Part shown: in pieces, positions 7,435-15,243 of the stretch
How the letters are laid out: the number at the start of each line of letters is the position of its first letter
Numbering within the stretch: the stretch's first letter is position 1
DNA from: Planctomycetota bacterium
GTDB taxonomy: Bacteria; Planctomycetota; SZUA-567; H5-PLA8
DNA length: 24,124 nucleotides
NCBI GenBank assembly: GCA_045863855.1
Contig: BTVV01000096.1
Span: 1 to 24,124, forward strand
Direction of reading: 5' to 3'
Position numbers and translations under genes: made by a program
The notes under the pieces: model-generated
Seen by the model: only the letters and a program-made list of their open reading frames with translations
Database searches by the model: none
What the model was told of the DNA's origin: nothing

Positions 7435-9018
7435 ATGTACTTCGCATTCCATGGGGCTTCGGCATACCGCGTCCTCTGCCTCACGATCCCGCTACTGGCC
7501 TTCTGCGCCTGGACACTCCCGGCCGGCGAATCGTCCGGGCGCGGACCGAGCGGCGCCTACGATGGACCTGTGAAAATCCTCTATTCACCCGATCGCGTGC
7601 CGGAGACGCCGACTTTGGAGAGCCTCGAACGGACGGATCGGGTCCAGCAGTACGGCATCACCTGGACCTTCGATCGGCCGGTCCGCGCCGGCCGTTTCGT
7701 CACCGGGGACTGGTACGTGGTGGGCCCCGTCACGGTAATCGAGATTGATCCGAAACCCCTCTTCGGCGAGGAAGTCGCCGCGAGCGGGAAGTGGACGTTC
7801 ACCAACAAGGGCTCGGTGCATGAAGACCGCTACGCCGGCAAACAGGCGCGCAACGGATGCACGCTGAATCAGCCCGTGAACACGCAGCGCGGCGGGTTTG
7901 ACAGCCGGCTCTCGCACGGATTTTACGATCCTAAGCTCTTCACCCGGCTGCCTGTCGAGATGAAGCCCGGCGACGCGCTAATCTCCACCATCAGCAACCC
8001 GAATCTGGAGAACTTCAGTGGATACGGGCAGCCGGTTCTGACTGCGGCCGTTCTGACCTGCATGGCGGAACCGCAACCGGCCGATGCCTTTCGGCCGCCC
8101 TATGGGCATGCCTCGAAGAAACCCTACCTCGCACGGCACCTGCGCCGCGATCTGCTCTATCGGCTGCCCAAAACCAAGGACGCCCCCAAGGATCTTTCGA
8201 GCGCCGCGCGCAAAATCCAGCGCCCTTGGCTGGACACCGTGGCCTGGGGCTACGCCTCGCCCAAGGAAAACATGCCACGCTACGGCATGTATATCACCGC
8301 GCAGGTTTCCCATTTCGCGCTCGTGTTGCACATGGATTACACCCCGGAGGAGAAGGAGCCCCTGTTGATTCACACGGTTCAGTACGGCATCGACCTATGG
8401 GGCCTCGTGGAAGCCGGGAGTCCAGGCTGGAACGGACATGGCGGCTTCGGCGGCGGACGCAAGTGGTCCATCGTCTTCGCAGGGCTGATGCTCGACGATC
8501 CCGAGATGCGCGCGCCCAACACGAAGTATCCGAAGGTTCGCTTCGGCGAAGACCAGCAGACGTCCTGGGGCAAGACCTGGTCGGGTTACGATGTGGTCTT
8601 CGAGAGTCATCCCGGACAAAACCGCATTCCCACCGAACTCAAGCACCCGCGCGAATGGGTCTCCGGAATGAGCGAAGCGTACCGTTACCAGAACACCAGC
8701 GTCGTCTGGCCGGGGCAGGCGCTCGCCGCGCGCCTCATGCGTGCCGAGAATTACTGGAATCACGACCCCTTCTTTGCCTACGTGGACCGTTGGATGTCCG
8801 AAGACCACATCGCCCAGCTCAAGGAACTCAAACAGGCCGCGAAGGACAACCCGGCTGGCAAGCGCATCTATGCGACCTGGTGGGACAGTCATATTAGACG
8901 GGGCTACCTGGCCAATACGAACGAAACGGCACAGGAGATGTGGGACCGCTACCGAAAGGATCTGCCGAAGGAACTGGGAAACCTCACGCCGCAAGAGGTC
9001 GTGGATAAAGCAAAATAG
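7435..9018 (+). CDS. Uncharacterised secreted protein (527 aa)
   Basis: AAGGAG at 7423-7428 precedes ATG 7435; signal-peptide-like N-terminus. Motifs 'QYGITWTFD...G.F..GDWYVVGPV' and 'ALAARLM.AE..WNHDPFFAYVDRW' recall a conserved hypothetical family, but function cannot be assigned from sequence. Confidence 0.85.
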   Translation: MYFAFHGASAYRVLCLTIPLLAFCAWTLPAGESSGRGPSGAYDGPVKILYSPDRVPETPTLESLERTDRVQQYGITWTFDRPVRAGRFVTGDWYVVGPVTVIEIDPKPLFGEEVAASGKWTFTNKGSVHEDRYAGKQARNGCTLNQPVNTQRGGFDSRLSHGFYDPKLFTRLPVEMKPGDALISTISNPNLENFSGYGQPVLTAAVLTCMAEPQPADAFRPPYGHASKKPYLARHLRRDLLYRLPKTKDAPKDLSSAARKIQRPWLDTVAWGYASPKENMPRYGMYITAQVSHFALVLHMDYTPEEKEPLLIHTVQYGIDLWGLVEAGSPGWNGHGGFGGGRKWSIVFAGLMLDDPEMRAPNTKYPKVRFGEDQQTSWGKTWSGYDVVFESHPGQNRIPTELKHPREWVSGMSEAYRYQNTSVVWPGQALAARLMRAENYWNHDPFFAYVDRWMSEDHIAQLKELKQAAKDNPAGKRIYATWWDSHIRRGYLANTNETAQEMWDRYRKDLPKELGNLTPQEVVDKAK

Positions 9019-9032
9019 AATGGGACAACCGG

Positions 9033-9512
9033 ATGGCCGACAGCCGATTTCCAATAGGGATATTCGAACGTGCCGCGTGGGCTGCCGCAGTTCTGGTGTT
9101 GGCGGCGCTCCTGATTCGAAATTCCGTTCCTCCAGCGATTCAACCTAAGCCGGCAAAAGTCGCCGACCCCCCCATCCCTCCCGCTGAAAGCCTGGAATCG
9201 TTCATGACGGCCAGCGTGTGGCTGATATCGGGGGCTGGTTGGGTGGGTGAATGCGAGTTCCGAGCGAACGGTACGTATGTCACCGAGTGGGGAGAAGGCC
9301 ACTGGAAGGTCGAAGGCCCTGGCTGCCTGTTCCTGAGAAATGCGTACGACCCTTTCTGGCACAGATTGACGATCGATACCGGCAAGAAGTCGTATATCGG
9401 AGTGCGAAGCGACGGAGAGCCCGAGGAAGGGCGGCTTATCGGCCGATTCAAGGACGGCCGCCTGATCCGGGAATACAGCGAATGCACCTATGGCGACACA
9501 GACGAGTTTTGA
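9033..9512 (+). CDS. Small membrane-anchored hypothetical protein (159 aa)
   Basis: Starts 14 bp after the upstream stop. Has an N-terminal hydrophobic helix 'AAWAAAVLVLAALLI', a Pro-rich spacer, and a Trp/Gly-rich beta-type domain. Confidence 0.7.
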   Translation: MADSRFPIGIFERAAWAAAVLVLAALLIRNSVPPAIQPKPAKVADPPIPPAESLESFMTASVWLISGAGWVGECEFRANGTYVTEWGEGHWKVEGPGCLFLRNAYDPFWHRLTIDTGKKSYIGVRSDGEPEEGRLIGRFKDGRLIREYSECTYGDTDEF

Positions 9513-9701
9513 CCATTTGGACCCCGCTTGGGATCCCTCATTGCGCCTCTCATGGATCGCCGGATTCGGGATGACCCGGAGTTTACCGGAATCGTAAATT
9601 CAGCAGAGTTGCTTTCTGTGTCTGGGAAGCAAATGCCGACTCATTTGTCGTAAGGCTAAGGAGGGATCTGAAAGCGCAGACTGGTTAAAGGGGGTGGCGG
9701 C

Positions 9702-12700
9702 ATGAATGCTTACATGCGAATCCTGCTGATGGTGCTTGTTATCACTCATGCCGTTCACGCTCAATCGGTGCCTCCGCTTTCCCTGGAAACCGTGGCCAGC
9801 GGCCTCGACAAGCCCGTCGGCTTGGCCGCCGCCCCCGGGGATACGAACCGGCTGTTCGTGATCGAACGCGAAACGGGCAAGATCAAGATCGTGATGCTGG
9901 ACACCAAGACGGTCTTGTCCACGCCCTTCCTGACCGTCACGCCCCTGTTCGCCCGCGGCGGCGAAGAAGGTCTTCTGGGCCTAACCTTCCACCCGCAGTA
10001 CGCCTCCAACGGATACTTCTACGTCCATCGCACCATGCCCTCAGACGAGATCGTCCGCTACCGCGTCCAGGGCGATCCGGGCACGTCCAATGTCGCCGAT
10101 CCCGCTTCGGCAACTATCATTTTCGTTGCAAACCGCAGCAGCCAATCCAACCATCACGCCGGCTGGCTGGGCTTCGGTCCCGATGGTTATCTGTATGTCG
10201 CCATGGGCGACGGCGGCGGCGCCAACAACCCCAGCAACTCCGCGCAGAATCGCGCCAGTCTTTTCGGAAAGATGCTTCGCATTGACGTGGACCGGCAGGA
10301 AGACGGGAGGCTCTACGCGATACCCGTCGGGAATCCCTATAAGGGCCACGCCAGCTTCAGGGGCGAAATCTGGGCGTTAGGGTTGCGTAATCCCTGGCGC
10401 TGCAGCTTCGACCGGGCAAACGGGGATCTGTGGATCGGGGATGTGGGTCAGAGCGATCGCGAAGAGATCGACCGCATCCCCGCCGGCGTCGCCGATCTAA
10501 ATTTCGGCTGGCGCTGCCGCGAGGGCAAAATTGCCAATCCCAACATCACGCCCGAGGAAACGCCCGTTACTCCGGCCACCGATCCGGTGCATGAGTTCAA
10601 TAGCAGCGATCCTGTGATCGGCGGCTATGTTTACCGAGGAGCGGATATTCCTGGCCTACCCGGCAAATACGTCTTCACCCGCTACATCGGAAAAAGCATC
10701 GGAAGCTTCCGCTTCGAAAACGGTTCGGCCACCAACTGGGCCGTGCTCGGTTCGCTGCCGGCGCAGCCGTATACGCTGGGCGAGGACGCGCGCGGCGAAC
10801 TGTACTTCGGACTCAACAACGGTTCGGTGGTGAAGTTGCGCGTCGCCACGCCAGTACTCTCCTTCGCTTCGGCCTCGTCCAGCGGTTCGGAAGCCACGAC
10901 CGCCGTCAATATGACCGTCCATCTCGCACCCGCCGCCTCGACGAGCGTCACCGTGAACTACTCGGTGATTGCGGGCACCGCAACCGGCGGAGGCGTGGAC
11001 TACACGCTCAACTCCGGCACGCTTACCTTCGCCGCCGGGCAAACGTCCCAGACGATCGCGCTGAGCGTGGCGAACGACGTGCTCGCGGAACCGAACGAAA
11101 CGGTCGTGGTCGGACTCTCCAACCCCTCCAACGCATCATTGGGCGCTCAAGTTACCCACACGTACACCATTAACGATAACGACACGTTGCCGCAGGTCTC
11201 GTTCGCGCTGGCGAGTTCCACCGTTTCCGAATCGGCCGGCAACGCGTCCTTGACGGTGAACCTCAGCGCGCCTTTTTCGGGCACGGTCACCGCGCCTTAC
11301 AGCGTGACGACGGGCACCGCGACCGGCGGAGGCGTGGATTACACGCTTGCCTCCGGTTCCCTCACGTTCTCGGCGGGGCAGACGACCCGGACTCTCGCGC
11401 TCGCGATCCACGAGGATCTGCTCGACGAGCCGAACGAGACCGTTCAGGTATCGCTTGGCACACCCATAAACGCCACGCTGGGTTTCGAGCGGGTCCACAC
11501 GCTGACCATCGCAGATAACGACGGTCCGCCCTCGATTACCTCGGTCCCTCCGCTCGCGGGCAACGTGGGCGCGCTTTACACATACGACGTGAACGCGACG
11601 GGTACCGGCACGATTGCCTACGAACTGATCGTCTGGCCCGCCGGCATGACCATTGATGGCGCCACGGGGCTCATCCGTTGGACCCCCACCGCCGCCGGTG
11701 CGTTCCAGGTGGTCGTCGTGGCCTCCAACGGCACTGCGCCGGATGCCGCACAGAACCTAACCATCCAGGTGACCGATTACGGTCTGGACACGCGCCCGGC
11801 GGCCTCGCCCTACTTGAACATGCCCCAGACGGAGAGCGGCGCGATTCCCCCTCGGCTATCGCAGACCGGCGCGTTTTCCAACGTAGCCGCTTTGACGCCC
11901 GCCCCGGCCCTGATCCCGTTCGACGTGAACTCGCCCCTCTGGTCGGACGGGAGCCACAAGCTGCGCTGGGTTTCGGTTCCCAGCGGAGCCCGGATTGGCT
12001 TCGCTCCGACCGGTTCGTGGACCTATCCGGCGGGCACTGTCTTCGTCAAACACTTCGAACTGGCCACGGACGAAACCGCTCCGAACGTCTACAAGCGTCT
12101 CGAAACCCGGCTCCTGGTCGTCAAGAGCGATGGCTCGGTCTACGGCGTTACTTACAAGTGGCGCGCGGACCATACGGACGCCGATCTGTTGACGGCAGGC
12201 CTCGACGAAACGCTTACGATTCGGCTTGCCGGAGGCGGTATACGCAATCAGACCTGGACCTACCCTAGCTCCGCCCAGTGCTTGCAGTGCCACAATCCCG
12301 TATCCGGCTACGTACTCGGACCGCATACCCGCCAACTCAACCGCTCCATCGTCTTCCCAGGCACCGGGGTCACCGATAACCAGCTTCGCGCGTGGAACCA
12401 TGCCGGACTTTTCTCGACGGTGCTCCAAGAAGCTTCGATTCCAGGTTACGCTAAACTCGCCGCGCTGAACGATGCCGGCGCGTCCGTCGAGCACCGCGCG
12501 CGATCCTACCTGGATTCCAACTGCTCTCATTGCCATCGTCCGGGCGGCGCCCCTGCCAATTTCGACGCACGTTTCGATACGGCCTTAGCCGTTCAGAATC
12601 TGGTCAACGGTTCGGTTGGCGACATGCTCGGCGAGCCCTTTGCCAAGGTGATCGCGCCGTCCAGCGTACCGCGCTCCATCGCGCATAAGCGCATGGCTCT

Positions 12701-14594
12701 CGTCGGCGCCAATCAAATGCCGCCCTTGGCCCGGCACACCGTGGATACACAAGCCGTCCAGGTCTTGGCGCAATGGATCGGCACGCTTCCGCAAACGCAC
12801 CCGGTGGTGGCAATCACCACCCCGGCCGCATCTTCGTCGCATACCGGTACACTCTCGGTCGCCGCTAACGCGCACGATCCCGATGCGGATACCGGTGACG
12901 GCGATGGCATTGCGCAGGTGGTCTTCGAACTACGCCAAGGTGCCGCCGCGGTGCTCACTTGGGCCGATGCACAACCGCCTTATGCAGGCACGCTGGACCT
13001 CGAAGGAATTCCGTCCGGCGACTATACGTTGAGGGCCCGCGCCGACAGCCTTGCGTTCGTGGGCGGGACGTCCACATACGACGAGATTCCTGTCCGCATC
13101 GCCGCCGTCGGCCCGGCCCGGGAGATCGTCCTGCAGGAAGGATTGAACGGGTATACCGGTACGCAGGACACGTACCTGTACATGAATGGAGTTACTTCCA
13201 ACTACGGCAGCCAGACGGCCCTGCTCGCGGGAACTACTTCGACCGGAGCCGCATTCCGCAACACGCTGATTCGATTTGCCATCTTTCAGTCCGAAGGCGG
13301 GCCGGTTCCCGATGGCGCGATCGTGGAAACGGCATCGCTCGAATTCTATCAAAGCGCTTCGAGCACCGTGTCCTGTGACTTCGCGGCGCACCGTGTGCTC
13401 AAACCTTGGAATGAAATGGAAGCCACCGCGGCCCGACCCCAGATCGGCGCAACCTGGACCGCCACGGGCGCACTGGGCATCGGCACCGATGTTCAGGCCG
13501 CGGCCGACGGTTCCGTTTCCGTATCCAGGGCGCTTGGGTGGTATGCGGTGGACGTCACCGCCGGCGTGAACCAATTCGCACAGGGTGTGCCTAACTACGG
13601 CTGGCGTCTGGCGCTGTCCACCAGCGGATACATCGCCAAGACTTTAATCAGCAGTGAGCATACCAGTGCAGTGCAACGGCCGCGGCTGCGCATAGCGTAT
13701 CGCGCCAATCTCGCGCCCGAGATTCTCTCGGAGCCTTGGGCGCTTCCGAATCCTGCTGCGCCATCCCAACCCGTATCGCTGGATGTCGTCGCTGGCGACG
13801 AAGAGGGCGACGCGCTTACCTACTCATGGACCCAAGTCTCTGGACCCAGCGCGGCCGTCCTGGAAGGTGAGTCCGGCGAGTCCGCGCGTATCGCGCGTTT
13901 CCCACTGGCCGGGACGTACGTCCTTCGCGTCACCGTTTCCGACGGGACGCTTAGCGACTCCGCTTCCGTCACCGTTAACGTGGCCGATGCGTCCGCGCCA
14001 CGTACGGTCGTACTGCAGGAAGGGCTCGACGGCTACCTCGGGACTCAGGACACCTACCTCTACATGAACGGAGCAAGTACCAACTACGGCAACAAAGCTA
14101 CGCTTCAGCACACCACCCAAACCAGCGGTAGCCCCTTCCGGATCGTCCTGCTCCGGTTCGCCATTTTCCAATCGGACGGCGGGCCCGTTCCCGACGGCGC
14201 GACGATCGATTCGGCGTTGCTCTCGCTCTACCAGAACGCCGGCAGCACCAACTCCGCTTCCGTGGGCGCCCATCGGCTCCTCAAGCCTTGGAAAGAGCTT
14301 GAAGCCACCGCCCTCCGTCCGCTGGCAGGATCGACCTGGACGCTCAAGGGAGCGCTGGGGCTCGGCTCCGACATCTCCGCGACGCCCGACGGCACGATTC
14401 TCGTCGCACCCGCTGCCGGCTGGTACAGCCTGAACGTGACAGCCGGCGTACAAGCTTTCGCCGCCGGCGCGCCTAATTGCGGCTGGGAACTGCTGCGTCA
14501 GACCCAGGGCTACACGAACAAGTCCTTCCAGAGCAGCGAAGCGAGCACCGCCGCCCAGCGGCCCAAGCTGACCGTGATCTACCGGGCACCCTGA
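9702..14594 (+). CDS. Secreted multidomain protein: PQQ-dependent glucose/sorbosone dehydrogenase-family propeller, 2x Calx-beta, Ig repeat, diheme cytochrome c (SO2930-like), Ig, DNRLRE, PKD-like, DNRLRE (1630 aa)
   Basis: Signal peptide ending 'AVHA'. Dehydrogenase motifs 'GEEGLLGLTFHP', 'NHHAGWLGFGPDGYLYVAMGDGG', 'GLRNPWR'. Calx-beta 'GTATGGGVDYTL.SG.LTF.AGQT' twice. Cytochrome region 'VNSPLWSDG..K.RW', 'FVKHF', 'RLETRLL', CLQCH (12279-12293), CSHCH (12522-12536), 'QMPPL'. Two 'VLQEGL.GY.GTQDTYL...RP.L' domains and PKD-like 'LTYSWTQVSGP'. Confidence 0.93.
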   Translation: MNAYMRILLMVLVITHAVHAQSVPPLSLETVASGLDKPVGLAAAPGDTNRLFVIERETGKIKIVMLDTKTVLSTPFLTVTPLFARGGEEGLLGLTFHPQYASNGYFYVHRTMPSDEIVRYRVQGDPGTSNVADPASATIIFVANRSSQSNHHAGWLGFGPDGYLYVAMGDGGGANNPSNSAQNRASLFGKMLRIDVDRQEDGRLYAIPVGNPYKGHASFRGEIWALGLRNPWRCSFDRANGDLWIGDVGQSDREEIDRIPAGVADLNFGWRCREGKIANPNITPEETPVTPATDPVHEFNSSDPVIGGYVYRGADIPGLPGKYVFTRYIGKSIGSFRFENGSATNWAVLGSLPAQPYTLGEDARGELYFGLNNGSVVKLRVATPVLSFASASSSGSEATTAVNMTVHLAPAASTSVTVNYSVIAGTATGGGVDYTLNSGTLTFAAGQTSQTIALSVANDVLAEPNETVVVGLSNPSNASLGAQVTHTYTINDNDTLPQVSFALASSTVSESAGNASLTVNLSAPFSGTVTAPYSVTTGTATGGGVDYTLASGSLTFSAGQTTRTLALAIHEDLLDEPNETVQVSLGTPINATLGFERVHTLTIADNDGPPSITSVPPLAGNVGALYTYDVNATGTGTIAYELIVWPAGMTIDGATGLIRWTPTAAGAFQVVVVASNGTAPDAAQNLTIQVTDYGLDTRPAASPYLNMPQTESGAIPPRLSQTGAFSNVAALTPAPALIPFDVNSPLWSDGSHKLRWVSVPSGARIGFAPTGSWTYPAGTVFVKHFELATDETAPNVYKRLETRLLVVKSDGSVYGVTYKWRADHTDADLLTAGLDETLTIRLAGGGIRNQTWTYPSSAQCLQCHNPVSGYVLGPHTRQLNRSIVFPGTGVTDNQLRAWNHAGLFSTVLQEASIPGYAKLAALNDAGASVEHRARSYLDSNCSHCHRPGGAPANFDARFDTALAVQNLVNGSVGDMLGEPFAKVIAPSSVPRSIAHKRMALVGANQMPPLARHTVDTQAVQVLAQWIGTLPQTHPVVAITTPAASSSHTGTLSVAANAHDPDADTGDGDGIAQVVFELRQGAAAVLTWADAQPPYAGTLDLEGIPSGDYTLRARADSLAFVGGTSTYDEIPVRIAAVGPAREIVLQEGLNGYTGTQDTYLYMNGVTSNYGSQTALLAGTTSTGAAFRNTLIRFAIFQSEGGPVPDGAIVETASLEFYQSASSTVSCDFAAHRVLKPWNEMEATAARPQIGATWTATGALGIGTDVQAAADGSVSVSRALGWYAVDVTAGVNQFAQGVPNYGWRLALSTSGYIAKTLISSEHTSAVQRPRLRIAYRANLAPEILSEPWALPNPAAPSQPVSLDVVAGDEEGDALTYSWTQVSGPSAAVLEGESGESARIARFPLAGTYVLRVTVSDGTLSDSASVTVNVADASAPRTVVLQEGLDGYLGTQDTYLYMNGASTNYGNKATLQHTTQTSGSPFRIVLLRFAIFQSDGGPVPDGATIDSALLSLYQNAGSTNSASVGAHRLLKPWKELEATALRPLAGSTWTLKGALGLGSDISATPDGTILVAPAAGWYSLNVTAGVQAFAAGAPNCGWELLRQTQGYTNKSFQSSEASTAAQRPKLTVIYRAP
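10851..11525 (+). repeat. Tandem internal duplication of a Calx-beta domain
   Basis: Near-identical DNA 'cgggcaccgc(a/g)accggcggaggcgtgga(c/t)tacacgct' at ~10972 and ~11311. Confidence 0.85.
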
Positions 14595-14613
14595 GGAGAA
14601 TGCAGGCGGTACC

Positions 14614-15012
14614 TTCCTCCTGGAGCGGTATTTCTTCTTGCTCGAAAAGAAGCAGTGTCCGGGTCTGCTGGTGTTGGAAGAGACGGACGTGCATGTGGAC
14701 CGGCAGTGCGTCAGGCGACTGGAGCGGTACTTCACGTTAAGGAGCCGGGCGCTACCGCGCCGCGCGAATCGTTCCTTCGCCGTTCTTCGTCTCGTCGGAC
14801 ATGAGCTATCCGGTACAGGTCGCCGACCAGTGCATTTATTGCGTGAACTGGGGATACCGCCTGCCCCAGCAAGAGATAAACGCGGTTACGCGGCCAGAAA
14901 CTGAACGGAGTTCAAGGAGTAGTTGTACCGATTGCAGTTTACGGGCGAAGGGTACCTCGACGGTGATGTCTTCAAGAGTTTCGGGATTATCTACATCTCC
15001 AATCCCTACGGT
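14614..15012 (+). pseudogene. DUF3800-family pseudogene (C-terminal half; two frameshifts and one nonsense codon)
   Basis: From 14614: FLLERYFFLLEKKQCPGLLVLEETDVHVDRQCVRRLERYFT. Shift near 14738 to GAGRYRAARIVPSPFFVSSDMSYPVQVADQCIYCVNWGYRLP (DUF3800-like 'vQvAD..iY'). Shift back near 14905 to EFKE*LYRLQFTGEGYLDGDVFKSFGIIYISNPY, with TAG at 14920. N-terminal half absent. Confidence 0.75.
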
Positions 15013-15243
15013 CTTGGCACGTGCGATTTACAGCCAGCCACTCCATCTCCCATACTTGCCGCTTTTGCTACCTCTGAATTTGGGCAACGCTATGTCGTTC
15101 TGAGGTTTAACTCATCCGGGAGCTTCTAGGTATGCTTGATCCAGGGCGAACGGGGAGAGCATGGGCGCGGGATCATAGGTCTAGAACGCGAAGGCGAACG
15201 CTCCAGGTTTCGTGCGATTCAAAACCATGTGCTTCAAGGGCTT

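Noticed and set aside
13824..14735. 303-aa minus-strand ORF and the many other 60-260 aa overlapping ORFs in the track
   Set aside because: Antisense or off-frame shadows of well-supported genes, expected in high-GC DNA, with no domain motifs.
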